In this document: in pieces, positions 11,668-25,487 of the stretch
How positions within the stretch are numbered: the first letter of the stretch is position 1
Layout of the letters: each line of letters starts with the position of its first letter
Source of the DNA: Botryllus schlosseri
Taxonomy: Eukaryota
Direction of reading: 5' to 3'
Assembly (NCBI GenBank): GCA_051294905.1
Contig: CM119372.1
Span: forward strand, 1,178,001 to 1,242,000
DNA length: 64,000 bases
Made by a program: the position numbers and the translations under genes
Notes under the pieces: model-generated
Databases searched by the model: none
What the model saw: the letters and a program-made list of their open reading frames with translations, nothing else
Told to the model about the DNA's origin: nothing

Positions 11668-12196
11668 TAGGGCTGGGCAAAATCGAGTACCTGAGTGATT
11701 CGATTCTGAATCACGTAAAATGCTTCGAGTCGAGTCGAGTAATCGAGTATCACTCATTATGACGTCATAGCAGAATATTATTTGTCAAAGTTCAAATACG
11801 TACCTTTTAAGCGACCACAAAGAATATAATGCCTGTTATCCATCATATTACGGATACTTTGTTATTTTTTTCGACCATACCGATTTCATTGCACTTGGTG
11901 ACAATATTGTGGGATGATCATGACTTCGGAAATGTGCTATTTCCAGTAACGTACGTAGCTTTGTACTTCATGTTTCGTATGCTACGATAAGGCCAATCAA
12001 TGTTTCAAGGCTTCAACAGTGAAATTCGCATAAACCCATTGATCATTGATAAACTCTTCGTTGATAAATCAACTTTCAGTGGCGAGGAGCGTATAATTTC
12101 AGTACTCGAAAAAATCGTCTTTTACTACTCGACTCGAATCATTAAAATTAATACTCGATTCAGATTCGAGTACTCGAATCATTGTGCCCAGCCCTA
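11668..12196 (+). mobile_element. hAT-type MITE (TAGGGCTGGGCA family)
   Basis: TIRs, 8-bp TSD CTTATACT. Other copies at 13440-13961, about 23731-24191, about 45418-46290, 50828-51339, about 51348-51720 and degenerate at about 720-1010. Confidence 0.9.
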
Positions 12197-12788
12197 CTTA
12201 TACTGACTGAGCCCAACGAGAGGCACGGGATATGTTGGTGTGCCGAGACAAGAGTTCAACTATTTTCCGAGGCGATTCAATTTTAATTCTAAATGGAAAG
12301 CTGGTAATTGTGTTATAACAGGCTGCTTACTACTTGATGTGTTGATTTGATACTAGGTATTGAGAAAGTGAGGATTAATTTGCACAATATATTTGTTCGG
12401 TTCCGTTATCGCAACAAACTGAATTTGGCACTTCGTTATACCCACGAGATTGAACTTATAAATTTATAGACGGAAAATAAATTTCGTGTTGGGTGGGATC
12501 GGAGTTGTGGGTGCTGGATATTATGGTTTGAAGTGGGTTGGGATACCCCAATATTAGGGTTGTGAATGGGATATATTAGGGCTATGAGGAGGGTTATTAG
12601 TGAGATAGAGTTGGGGATAAAATATAATAGGGTTGTGGCCGTTAGTTCGGGGATTTTATCACCCCTAATATCTCTCACCCACAGCCCTAATATTCCGTAC
12701 CCAACACTGAAAAAGAATTATTTTTACCGTTTATAAATTTTGATCTCGGGCGCTTGAAATTTATTCCACCCACGGCACGTAGATGGAC

Positions 12789-13299
12789 TGTAGTGTCCTA
12801 TATGGTGTCGACACAAGAAAATCTCGCGGCTCAGTGAAATTGTATCACGTCACAATTTCCATTTGGCTACAGGCAATTTGACGGTCATTTTTGACCAGCT
12901 TGTCGAGCATTAAATTTGGTAAAACGGGTATCAATCGAAAGCTGACTCTGCACTGATTACGAAAATATAAAGTTTATTCCGCTCGCGGCCCTGGAACCCC
13001 CACAAGTAACTCTCTCGTTTCGCCAGACAGCATTGTTGCGTCTCAATGCCAATCTCCATAACAATGAAAAATTCGAGGCTGATTGTGCGGGTTCCTGGGC
13101 CGCGAGCGGAATAAAATTTATATTTTCGTAATCAGTGCAGAGTCAGCTTTTGATTGATACCCGTTTTACCAAATTTATTGCTCGGCAAGCTGGTCAAAAA
13201 TGACCGTCAAATTGCCTGTAGCCAAATGAAAATTGTGACGTGATACAATTTCACTAAGCCGTGAGATTTGCTTGTGTCGACACCATATAGGACACTATG
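12789..13299. mobile_element. Palindromic P/Galileo-like MITE
   Basis: Near-complete palindrome, (CA)TAGTGTCCTATATGG termini, 7-bp TSD GATGGAC. Confidence 0.85.
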
Positions 13300-13439
13300 G
13301 ATGGACACTGAACAGGCTTTGCAGTAGACGCAATTCCGTTTATACAGCCCTTGGTTTTAGTCCACGTTCAAAAGTAGGTTTTATATTATAAGCGACTTCT
13401 CGAGGGCCGCGAAGTAGGCCCTACCCGGTGTCTCGAGAG

Positions 13440-13961
13440 TAGGGCTGGGCACAATGATTCGAGTACTCGAATCTGAATCGAGTATTAATTTCAATGATTC
13501 GATTCGAGTAGTAAAAGACGATTTTTTCGAGTACTGAAATTATACGCTTCTCACCACTGAAAGTTAATTTATCAACGAAAATTACAGTTTCTATACTAAT
13601 TTTCACTGTTGAAGACTTGAAACCTTGCTTGGCGGTATTGCAGCATACGAAACATATAGTGCAAAGCTACGAATGTTACTGGACGACGTGGACGTAGCAC
13701 ATTTCCGAAGTCACGATTATCACACAACATTGTCACCAAGTGGAGTGAAATCAGTATGGTCGAAAAATACCAAAGTATCATTTATGAGATGGATAACAGG
13801 CATTATACTCTTTGTGGTGGCATAAACGGTAATATTTGAACTTTGACTTATTACATTCTGTTGTGACGTCATAATGAGTGATACTACTCGATTACTCGAC
13901 TCGAAGCATATTGCGTGATTCAGAATCGAATCACTCAGATACTCGATTTTGCCCAGCCCCA
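13440..13961 (-). mobile_element. hAT-type MITE (TAGGGCTGGGCA family)
   Basis: 8-bp TSD CTCGAGAG; inverted relative to 11668-12196. Confidence 0.9.
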
Positions 13962-14155
13962 CTCGAGAGAAGTGTTCGTGAAGTTGAATAATCAGACTGG
14001 CGCTGTGGCCTATATCAAAGTATATGCGCAAATATTCCGCGGTATAAGAGCAAGCGACGAAGAGGCATATTCTGTAAAGTCCTACATGGTGCGCAAGTGC
14101 TGCAGAGATATTAGCAACGTACACATGCGGAAGGAATCTATCTAGGCCTACATAG

Positions 14156-14369
14156 GAATTCAATTCAATCTATTACTAAAAATTTCAATGCACCACAAGA
14201 CTGTGGTGATACGGTGAAAGATAGGAAGGTGTCGAAACGACTTGGACTTGATAGGAAGTCATGGATACCAGTGTTACTAATCAGGTCTTTGGTCTGACCC
14301 GGCCGCGGGGGTCGAGCCCACGACCTACCTATCAAGAAGCCGGACACTTCACCATTACGCTATCTTGTC
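14156..14369 (-). mobile_element. tRNA-derived SINE with LINE-like 3' end
   Basis: A-box TAGCGTAATGG and a B-box-like GGCTCGACCCC. The 3' part CAAGTCGTTTCGACACCTTCCTATCTT...TGTGGTGCATTGAA matches the LINE tail near 23024-23082. Confidence 0.75.
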
Positions 14370-14997
14370 AGCTATAATCTTGTTGACTACTGGGAATTGA
14401 AACCCGCGTCTCATGCTAGGATAAAATCTACTGCAAGCATGATGACTGGCCCGGTCTACTTCAGTCGTTGTCATATTAACTTCACCGGTAGCCTACCACG
14501 ATCAGGTTCACAAACTGCCATTCTTTGATTAAATCTAAGGATATTAAACAGTCTGTAGACGAATATTAACTGCTAAATCTCCAAGTATAAATTATTTGAA
14601 GCACACCAAAATAGCATCCTCATCACAAGTATTTTTCATGAAAAAAATACTTTAGATTGGCCGAATTTCGAAAAAATGCACTATAACATCAGGTCAATTC
14701 AGAATTCACTAGATGTGGTGAAAAAGCACTAGGAGTGGCAACACTGACCATGAGTAGAGTATACTGCACTTCTTGCACACTATATGCTATTTGCTCGGGT
14801 AGACTGGTATATATACTGCTGGGAGGTCGACTTTTGGACAAGCTGGAAGGCACTCTCATTTGTCTGGAATACAGTACCACACCTCGGTCCGTCCAGCCTG
14901 AACTAGCGTTTTGTCTTCTACAAGCTAGGTATAACAGGACGGCGACAACGCACGTCTGTTGTAGTTCATGCGTGTTGGATTCGTCATCAGTCTATTG

Positions 14998-16804
14998 CAG
15001 TGGTTCTTGAACCTTGCCTCCAGCGCCCCCCGAGGGGCGCTGGAGAATTTGAAGGGGGCGGAAACGTTCAGGGGGCGCTGGAGAAAAATGGCTTCGCAGT
15101 AGATGATGTGGTGGTAGGACATAGGCCTATCCCTAATGATTATTCAGAGAAAATTAACACCGAAAACTTCGACATATAGGTTTAATTGTCCATGGGCGCC
15201 TAAATGACTGGTACCGAATGTTCCTGTCTTGGCAATCTGAACCCAAGAAGACGAATTCATCTGGCAGGGAAAAATTACATGCCAGTGAAGAAATTCCAAT
15301 TGGAAATCGTGTGCGTCTTTTACTTTAGTACGATTGGGCGACAGGGATATCTAAAGCTAGATATTCCTGTTGGGCGATTCTATATTTTTTGATATAGCAG
15401 ACAGGAGGTCGCGAAATAACATCATTCCACGAAGTCATACCAACGGGTTCGCCCGCCCGAATATGTTAAATAATTAGTTACGGGCCCTACAGTTTCCAAG
15501 ACACCTCACAATGTTCGCACTACGTTTGACGAGTCTGCGCACACTCAACAACTCACTGCGCAGACCCTTGGACGACAGTGCGTAACGACTAAAAAAAGGT
15601 CATGACTTCGGATTTGTTGTGCGCAACTTAGATTTTCTGTGCGCAGATACCGTGTCAGCACTGCGCACGTGCGCAGCTTAGGGGGAACATTGCCCCTCAC
15701 TCAGCTCTAACGGTAAATCCGGTAACGTGAGCAGAGAGGACAATAAATTGATTTTGCAAGATATATGCAATTCCCGATCTTACTGACCGATTTTATCATG
15801 AATTATCGAAAGTTTTCGCGCTTAGCACTGGTTCGCTAAACAGTACAGCTGACTTCGTGGCTAAAGCTAACAACGTGATGGGGGCGGTCGGTTTATCACC
15901 CTATGGGAGCCCAAGACCTAATTTTTTTTTTCGGGGGGCCTGACGAAGTGCCGTTTCGTTCCTGCCAACGGGTATACGCCCGAAGATGTATAATTATTAT
16001 TGAGGGGTCCTACCTTCTCAATCATACATCATTCAGCTCTACCGGTAAATCTGTTTACGTGAGCAGAGAGAGGATAAAAATTGATATCAATATACATGCA
16101 ATTCCCGATCATATTGACCAATTCAATCATTATTTATTGAAATTTTTCGCGCTTCGCGCGTCTCGGCAACAATAGCTGCATGGCTCAGTAAACGGACACC
16201 CAATGTAGATGACTAGTATCAGCAAATAGCGGATAGCCGAAGAAGGGTCTGCGGGCGAAGACCCCCGAAAGTCTGGCTTATCACCCGATGGGGGGCCCAA
16301 GACAAACGTTTTTTTTGGGGGGGAGGGGCTGACGAAGTGCTGTTACGGCCCTGGTGACGAATTAATTGTACCTACGGGAACGCCCGAATATGTTTAATTA
16401 ATAATTACGTGCCCTTTATTTACCCATGCAACAGCTCACTCAGCGCTACTGGTAAATCTGATTACGTGGGCTGAGAGGATAAAAAGTTTATGGCGACTTA
16501 TATATGTAATTACCACCTATTCATTCGTGCATTATAGAAAATGTTGGTACCTTAGGGCGACCAGGCCACACAAACTTTGCCTGCCATCGAAATCACGCTA
16601 CGGCGTTCTTGGGGGCGAAGCCCTCAGAAGTTTGGTTTATCACGCTATGGGTGCGCAAGGCAATCGTTTTTAGGGTGGTTGACGAAGTGCTGTTACGGCC
16701 CTCCCTCTTAGTCATTGTCTCTATTACAATATGAGGTTGGGGGGCGCTGGAGCACGATAATTTTTGAAAGGGGGCGCTGGAAGAAAAAAGGTTAAGAACC
16801 ACTG
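14998..16804. mobile_element. hAT (Charlie-like) non-autonomous element with internal diverged tandem repeats and a nested MITE (15509-15692)
   Basis: CAGTGGTTCTT...AAGAACCACTG termini, 8-bp TSD GTCTATTG. Confidence 0.8.
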
Positions 16805-19438
16805 GTCTATTGGTAATAGATAACACTTGCCAACAAAAAATTCATCATGGAAGGTGAATGCGATTTTAGGATATAACAGGGGCGCTGAGTTCGAAAAGGA
16901 CAATAGTTCTGTGCTTTTCAACCTATAGCTGTGTCCCGGTTCGCACTAGTGCGAATGGAAAAATTGCGGTGCGAATGACGAAGGCGATGCGAATAAAAAT
17001 CGTGAATAATTGTTAATTTTTCTGACGAGGAATAATTCAAATAAATAAAGGAAATTCAACGACATCAGTGTAACTTCTGTAGTTGAGACGCAATTGTAAA
17101 AACTTTTTCAATTTACGACGCACCACTAATCGTAGCTCTCACAAGCCGAAGCGAATTAATATTTTCGCACTATAATTATTACGTAACCAAAAGCCTGGTT
17201 TGGAAGCTGGTGTAGTGGCAGACATACATTATATACCAGCCTGTCTGAGCCTGCGATAGACTGGGAAAATGACTTTCTGCTTTCTTTCGCTAAACAATCA
17301 TATTTTCGTGATAACTGTTCGATTAGCGCGAGGCAAGGCACGAGGATAGTAGTAAATACCATCATTACATAGGCTACTCACATTTGCAAGTTACTGTAAC
17401 GCAAATTTTTACCCCTTCAGGGGTTTAAAGTATGGACCGCAAAGGGTATAATTTTGGATCGACACGGTGCCGGAGCTATCTGTTAATATATGTATGTAAT
17501 ATTTGTTGAATTTATTGCAAAAAAATCCTGCAATGGTTTTACATATCCAAGGCCACTGTGCTGGGTACTGTAGCCAATAAGCGAGACGCGCATAAAATAT
17601 GGCTTTATCGTGAGGATTCATGTCTGACTGGTTTTTCAGGAAAACTTGGTCGAAGACCGTTGGGATAAACTATTATGGGGTTGAGCGAGTTCAGGCCTAT
17701 GAGACTCGCATTCATTTCAGGGCCAACACAACCACTTCGAGTCGGTGCACAATTACACATGAAAATGCTAAGTTCTTGTCAACAAACCGCTGATAAGATG
17801 CGGTGCCAAAACCTTGGCCAAAAAATGACCGATGCTGGATGGCCAAACCTTTCGCTATGGATATGATTCGATGTGATGAAAATGGTGCCTATACCCAAGC
17901 TATTTTTAAAAAAGCCAGAGTAGTCCCTGTACACAAAGCTGAGGATAGAACTGGTGTCACCAACTACCGTCCGATATCTGTACTCCCATGCATCGGGGTT
18001 GTATTCGAAATGTTGCTCCTCTCCCGCCTATCGTCATTCCTCGCCAAAATGTCTGTCATTTCCCCACAACAATTTGGCTTCCGAAACAAACATCAAACCT
18101 CACATGCCCTAGTCTTGCCATTTTAGCGCTAGATCTAGCGATTTTTCACCCGGTTTAGCGCCAAAAAATATGGATCTAGCGCCTAGCGATAAATCTAGCG
18201 AATTTTGAAAAAGTATTTGGCGCGAAAATAACCACTAAAGATCAGTTCTGGCTGACGACTGCATTGGCTATACCGGTCACCAGAGTGCGGACTCAGATGG
18301 TATATAATTATAGATCACTACCTACCGATAGATATAGTAATAGCATAGCAATTTACAACGGAGCGGAGTTATGTGAGTTTTTCGATGATAATCCTCGGAT
18401 TACCCCTGATCGGTGGATAATACGCGATTTATCAACGAAAAGCTCACATAACTCCGCTTCCACTGGTCGGAATTGACTCAAATTTGTTTTGCCACGTCTT
18501 TGAAGACAGCTCAACAATTTCATGGGGTTGGCAGAAAAATTTGAATTTTTTTTTCAATTTTCCATAATAAATTAAAAATTTTAATTGGATCTGCGGAGTC
18601 TTATACTTGTTAGAATTGAACCAAATGTGGTGTGTAGCGTTTTTTAGGGTAACCTCACAATTTAATCAGTGAATGACAGGAATCCGGAAAAAAAGTTATT
18701 TTTGAACAGCCCTAGTGTTCACGTATAGCGATCATTGCGCAAAGCGATCTGCTTTATCGAAATGCACTGCACGTTTTGTCCCGCTTAGATATATGACTAT
18801 TACGTATTATGAACTAGAAATATGATAAGTGACTTTGGCCCCAGACGAGTAAAATATCTAGCTGAGAAGAATGTATCGATATAATGGTTCAATTTAACAC
18901 CTGTATCAATTAATGCAGATTTAGCGCTTTTTTCTCAATATTTAGCGCCATCCGACAGTCGACGAGCATGTCCACATTCAAGTCTAAATACAAGCAATTA
19001 CTACTAAATAAATACAGTCCATCCTCAAGATTACCGGACCTCGACTGACCTATCGATCTCGCTCCCCATGACATGCCGCCCTATTTCTTGTCGCTTTCTT
19101 TTTCTATACTATCTTCTTTACTTTCATTCAGTGTGCCTGCCTCCTCTTTACATCGCTTAGGCCAAGGTGGGTGTCAGATTCCATAGACTACTCCTTGTCG
19201 CTTCGACATCTTCCTGTCTTTTCATTGTATCGCATTTTTTGTGGTGTATTGAACTGATAAAGTTGCTAATAAACCAATGATGATGATGATGATGATCTAG
19301 CGATTTTTGACACCAGTTTTAGTGATTTTCTTCCATCAGGAGTTGGCAACAGTGGCTGACTGAACAGTATTGTGATGTCTCAGAGAAGCGGAATGTAGCA
19401 TTTTTCTCGATATAAAAAAAGCGTTTGACTGCGTAGAT

Positions 19439-20888
19439 CAGTGGTTCTCAACCTTTTTGGCTTCGCGGACCCCTTTTGACCGTCGCGGACCCCCTCAAGT
19501 TTTGGTTCAATTTTAGCTCTATTATGGTGCAACATTCATCTGTCTTGTGCAAATATGAGCTGTAGGCTTGTGATAAACAGCAAAAGAATGATTTTTCTTG
19601 AAAATAATATTATACTATTTATGTATAAATGGGTAAACTTTCATTACTTCAAAACTAATTTTGCTGCTGTATTTCTTGAAGTACGTGGTCGTGTCTTGAA
19701 AATCCGGGTCTTCGTTTTGATATGAACGAAGAGTGCCGGAAACCATTTCCGCAAAGATAGATGGAGGCCAATGCAGTATTACCGCATAACGCTTCCGACG
19801 ATACTTTTAGTGTGATCGCAACATTTATGGCACCAAATGAAGAAACATATCACACTCAGCATCTAGCGCAGGGACGGGCAACATGCGCACCGCGGGCCGG
19901 ATTCGGCCCGCAGATAGTTTTTACCGTCAAAGTTAAATCCTAATCTAAAAGTATAGACAGATTTTATGCGTCAAAGAATGTATCCAAGTTTTCCAACCTG
20001 AGAAAGACTGTCATGAAACGACTTGTTCTGTACGGGTCTACAATGTCTACCTACATATGTATATTTACGAGCAAACATTTGCGACCATGAACAATTGAAC
20101 ATTAACACGACAAGGCTGCATACCAATATAACTGGTGATGTGAATTTCAGGGTTGGAGCGTAATGCTTTGACAGCAACTAAACAGTCCTTGTTAATTAAA
20201 AAAACAGCCTTGTCGATAGGGTATCCGCAATAAGAATGCGCCAAATCTGATAGCCGAGTTTTAAGAGTAGATATATCATTGTCCGATTTCTGACGAGTGT
20301 CAGCCTTAAATATTCGGGTTCATTTCAATATGAATATACTATTCAATTGTATATTGAAGTTCTGTACCTCCAAGAAGCTGTTCAAATAGTGGTTATGTAT
20401 ATCACAGGATAAATGGATTTTGTGGCGAGGTTTCAATCCCTGCATTGGGACAAATTAGGGAAATATTTCGGGAATTTTTATCTCAAACGACTGTTCACTA
20501 ATTTGATGACAACTTCAAATCGAGAAGGTTTCGCAGACATTACGAAGTCACGCTGATTGACGTTACTATCTCCATATTTTTATTTTAACCCCAAACCCCC
20601 AACGAAACGTATTTAAACAGCAATATGTTTGTATCATCAGGTTATTGGAAAATGGACAATGAAAATGAATTTCCACACAACGATAGCTCATGTCAGACGA
20701 TTATTATGATGATATGAGTCATGAGGTTTTAGCAGTTGTGGCGCGAAACTGCCTCATGCTTCCTTAAATTAAAAAATTAAATAAAAATTAGGTTATCAAC
20801 CATTTTAAAAATTTAGAGGTCTCGCGGACCCCCTGAAATTGCTTCGCGGACCCCTAGGGGTCCGCGGACCCCCGGTTGAGAACCGCTG
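19439..20888. mobile_element. hAT (Charlie-like) non-autonomous element
   Basis: CAGTGGTTCTCAACC / GGTTGAGAACCGCTG termini, 8-bp TSD GCGTAGAT. It interrupts the LINE RT at AFDCVD|H. Confidence 0.88.
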
Positions 20889-21578
20889 GCGTAGATCATA
20901 AAATGATCATCTCGAAATTGGCGCGTTAATACGGACTCCGGGGCCCGCACTGGACGCCGACAAATGGTTGCAATCTCAAACTACTTGTCCTCTCCTCACC
21001 TAGTGACCTGTGGTGTACCCCAAGGCTCCGTACTTGGACCGGTCCTCTTCACCTTATATGTCAACGACATTTTTGATACCTCCTCACTGAGCACCACTCT
21101 GTTCTCTGATGATACTCACCTCCTCTCTTCCGCATCTTCGACGGCAGATCTGGGTTCCCTGACCAGTGACCAAATGCCCAATATGCATGGCCCAAAATAA
21201 CCTTTGCATATAGGCCTACACCTCGAAATCCCATTGCTAACCTACTACATAACGTACTCCGTATCATAGCTAGGGCCCCAAATGGGCCTGGTTGTCCATT
21301 TAAAGTCGCTGCTGAAGAGATTCGGAGTCCTAATCATAGAAGATATGTGGAAACTAGAAATAGCCAAGTTTATGTATCAGTTCCACTGCGGTCATTGCCC
21401 CGAATATTTCAATGACTTCTTTACCTCGGAATCAAAAGCGCACAAGTAGGCTATAACACACGCGCGTCCTCGTCGTCCAAATATCATATGATCGACCGAA
21501 AAGATCATCGCTCCATCAAATATGCCGGACCTGATGCTTTGAACAGCACCCCGCCGGCCATCCGACGAGCATGTCCAG

Positions 21579-22198
21579 TAGGGCGGTTCAAAAATAACCT
21601 TTTTTCCTTAATCTTGCGGGCTACGTGATTAAATCGTTAGGTTGCCTTAAAAAACGACGCATACCAAATTTGAATTCATTCCAACCAATATTCGCCGTTT
21701 ACGTAGAGTTTGAAAATTTTGAATTTGCCCAGAAACGCAAAAAAAAAAATTTTTTCAAATTTTTCTGCCAACCCCATGAAATTGTTCGGCTGTCTTCAAA
21801 GACTATGCAAAACAAATTTTACTTAATTCCAAGCCGTAGAAGCGGAGTTATTCCAGTTTTTCGATGAAAATTATTGGATTATCCACCGATCAAGGATAAT
21901 CCCAGAATTATCAAAGAAAAACTGATATAACTCCACTTCTACGGCTTGGAATTGAGTCAAATTTGTTTTGCATAGTTTTTGAAGACAGCCCAACATTTTC
22001 ATGGGGTTGGCAGAAAAATTTGAAAAAAAAATGTTTTTGCGTTTCTGGGCAAATTCAAAATTTTCAAACTCTACGTAAACCGCGAATATTGGTTGGAATG
22101 AATTCAAATTTGGTGTGCGTCGTTTTTTAAGGCAACCTAACGATTTAATCACGTAGCCCGCAAGATTAAGGAAAAAAGGTTATTTTTGAACCGCCCTA
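21579..22198. mobile_element. Palindromic hAT-type MITE
   Basis: TAGGGCGGTTCAAAA termini, TSD ATGTCCAG, near-perfect palindrome. Confidence 0.92.
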
Positions 22199-22354
22199 AT
22201 GTCCAGTGTCCACATTCAAGTTGAAATACAAGCAATTACTACTAAATAAATACAAGTCTATCCTCAAGATTACCGGATCTCGCCTTCCATTTTTTGTCGC
22301 TTGCTTTTTTCTATACTATCTTCTTTTACTTTTCATTCAGTGTACATTGTACAT

Positions 22355-22960
22355 TAGGGTTGTTCAAAAAAAACTTTTTTTTCCAAATCTCACTCGCCTA
22401 GTGACTAAATCGCTAGTGACTAAATCGTCAGGTTGTCCAAGAAAACGATGCACACCAAATTTGACTCAATTCCAACCAGTAAAGGCCGTGCAATCTTGAA
22501 TTGAAATTTTTAAATTATTATTAAAAATAAAAATTCTCAAATTTTTCAGTCAACCCCATGAAATTGTTGAGCTGTCTTCAAAGACGATGCAAAACAAATT
22601 TGAGTCAATTCCGACTAGTAGAAGCGGAGTTATTCGAGTTTTTCGTTGATAATTCTCGGATTATCCTTGATCCGGGGATTATCAACGAAAAACTCAAATA
22701 GTTCCGCTTCTACTAGTCGGAATTGACTCAAATTTGTTTTGCATCGTCTTTGAAGACAGCTCAACAATTTCATGGGGTTGACAGAAAAATTTGAGAATTT
22801 TTATTTAAATAAAAATTTAAAAATTTTAATTCAAGATTGCACGGCTTTTACTGGTTGGAATTGAGTCAAATTTGGTGTGCATCGTTTTCTTGGACAACCT
22901 GACGATTTAGTCACTAGGCGAGTGAGATTTGGAAAAAATAGTTTTTTTTGAACAACCCTA
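22355..22960. mobile_element. Palindromic hAT-type MITE
   Basis: TAGGGTTGTTCAAAA termini, TSD TTGTACAT/CTGTACAT. Confidence 0.9.
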
Positions 22961-24254
22961 CTGTACATGCCTCCTCTTTACATTGCCTAGGCCAGGGTGG
23001 GTGTCTGACTCCACAGACTACTCCAAGTCGCTTCGACACCTTCCTATCTTTTCATTGTATCGCATTTTGGTGGTGTATTGAACTGATAAAAATTGCTAAT
23101 AAACCAATGATGATGATAATTTACGAAAATGTGGGGGTTGCCCCTTTCGCCGCCATATGCCAACATGCCGAAAATGTTCCTATTCTTGTCAACATCGCAA
23201 ATTTTGCGGTCAGGCTAATCAAAGTTTTGGTTGACCTTGTAAATTCACAATTACTTATGTCGGCAATTGATTCATTCTTTGATTATATAAAGAAATTTGA
23301 AAATTTGATTGAGGGCCATGCAAAATCTTCTTGCGGGTCATGGGTTAACCACATCTGTCGTACAGTGTGGCGAAGCGCAATAAGGAGAAACAGGCAGGTA
23401 GACCAACATTGATTTATTTTGAATTTGCATGAAAGATAAACAAAAGTACACAGTGAGCACCAGAGGTGGTCAAAGTGGCCATTGCTGGTACTCAAGTAGA
23501 AACAATGCCATGAATTTCTACTCAACCACGAGTAAGTGAAAGATTCTAGGCCAAATTTTAACCAAAAAAACTGAAGTAGAAGTGGATACTGTTGCAAAAT
23601 CGTAACCACTCAAGTATGTAGTGCAAATAGGCAAAACCTACTGGAGGAATCCGAACAAGCAGTATTATGATATTGTCCATATGTCCAATTTTGGACGTTT
23701 TTCACAATTGAAGACAGTTATGATATGTTACAGGCAGGGCACAATGATTCGAACACTCGAATCTAAATCGACGTTTAATTCTAATGATCTGAGTTGATTA
23801 GCGAGAGATGACGTTTTCGAATACTGAAATAATACCCTGCTTGCCACTAAGAGTTAATTTATCAACTACTTTCCACTGTGGAATCCTTGAAATGCCGATT
23901 GCTTGTGTTGCAGCATACGAAACATGTTCTACAAAGCTACAAGTTTGTAAAATGACATATCTGTGAAGTCGTGATCAAACCACAGCATTTTCACAAAGTG
24001 CAATGAAACAGGTAAGCTATGGTTCAAAAAGACACAAAGTTATCTTCAATGTGATGCAGAACTGGCATTGAAGTTTGAACTTTTCGCATCATCCATACTG
24101 TTGTGCTATCATAATGATGTTTGACAGAACTCAACACCTGATTCTCGATTCAGAATCGGATCACTCAGGTACTCGCTTTTGCCCGGCCCTAGTTATCATT
24201 CATTGAAATTTAGAGGTTTCGCAGACCCCCACCAATCTACATGCTATCCAAAGC

Positions 24255-24977
24255 TCATTTCTTTTTTTTGTCTCTCTCCTCCCTACACTTAGGACAAAAC
24301 CATTTCCCTTTCGGCTTCGAAGTCAAACCCACGCAACCAAAATGAAACCATTCTATCGGACAGTCCTGATTATCGCAGCCGATCATCTCTCCGTACGACA
24401 CTTGATGACATAAGCAATACGTCGGCTCGTTTGGATCTACCGGCATATCCAGCACGTCTGAGCTCGAATACGATAATGCTAGCGATGGGAGAGTAGGCGT
24501 TTCGGCGACCTTCTTTTTCTTGCTATTCTTTGCTTCATCGTCGGAGTTATTACGGCCTTTTTTACGTTTTTTCTTATCATTTGTGGCAGATTCTTCTGCT
24601 TTTGAAGTCGAGGGTTTAGTCGACTCTTGAAGAGACTTGTCTTTTAAATCAGCCTCAAACCGTGCCAAATCTGAGTCCAATTTACGAATGTGTTTATCGA
24701 CCATTTCGTAAGTTTGCATAGCAAGCTGTACTTTATCATCTGCATACTCCTGGCATTTTATGTATAATTCTTGAATTTTCTTGATTCGTTCCAGTCTGAT
24801 GTTTGGTTGAATCTCTTTGGCCTCACTGACGTATTCCACTGTGAGTTTGTCGATGTCGACTTTGAGTTCTTCTGTTCTTTCATCGAGTTGCCGCATTAAT
24901 TGGAAATTTCGTTGCAGCTCGGCCGGTAATTCCTCCAAACTGTCGAGGTACTGTTCCAGATATATTGCGGTAGCCAT
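24255..24977 (-). CDS. ING5: Inhibitor of growth protein 4/5 (ING domain plus PHD finger), single-exon CDS
   Basis: [32 protein letters not shown]... and [38 protein letters not shown]...KGKWFCPKC. 240 aa from the ATG at 24977. ING4 versus ING5 cannot be resolved by eye. Confidence 0.95.
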   Translation of the reverse strand: MATAIYLEQYLDSLEELPAELQRNFQLMRQLDERTEELKVDIDKLTVEYVSEAKEIQPNIRLERIKKIQELYIKCQEYADDKVQLAMQTYEMVDKHIRKLDSDLARFEADLKDKSLQESTKPSTSKAEESATNDKKKRKKGRNNSDDEAKNSKKKKVAETPTLPSLALSYSSSDVLDMPVDPNEPTYCLCHQVSYGEMIGCDNQDCPIEWFHFGCVGLTSKPKGKWFCPKCREERDKKKK

Positions 24978-25487
24978 TTTAATCTGTTTATACCGATCCG
25001 GAATATGAAACCACTCGGTCACTTTTTCGAATGCGTAAAATAACTCGACTCGATATTTGTATTGACTCGACTTGTACTCGAGTCATTATGTATGACTCGA
25101 ACCAAGTCCTGACTCGAGACTATAGGAGGGTCAAGACAGACATTTCATTGTAACTTCGAAGAATAGTAAAGTTGCAAACCACATTATTGGATTTCATCTA
25201 TCAGTCCTGATACTTGGAAAATATGGCCAGAAATTGATAGGACCGAGGAAAATTAGGGTATTATGAATGCGAGCCATTCCATATAACTCGAGCAGAGTCG
25301 CAAAAAATGGTTGAACCGGATTGAAATCAAAACAGAACAGTGAACACAATGACTCGAACTCAACCCGCTACTTGCTGACTTGGACTCGGTGGTGAATTTA
25401 AAATGAATCAACTTGACTCGAAACCTTATGACTTGGTTACAACCCTGGACTAGATTGGAGTAAATCTGTCCAACTGGCAAGTGTTTC

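Larger units (their letters stand above)
17880..23117 (+). mobile_element. Decayed CR1/L2-group LINE (RT region to 3' end) split by nested insertions
   Basis: RT motifs KKARVVPVHK..NYRPISVL..QQFGFR, FLDIKKAFDCVDH, GVPQGSVLGPVLFTLYVND, FSDDT. The 3' end has AATAAA plus (ATG)n. Confidence 0.85.

Noticed and set aside
21625..22152. Two near-identical convergent ORFs (MIKSLGCLKKRR...)
   Set aside because: Artefact of a palindromic MITE.
24978..25022. 15-aa N-terminal extension of ING in the ORF track
   Set aside because: It starts at GTG; homology begins at the ATG at 24977.
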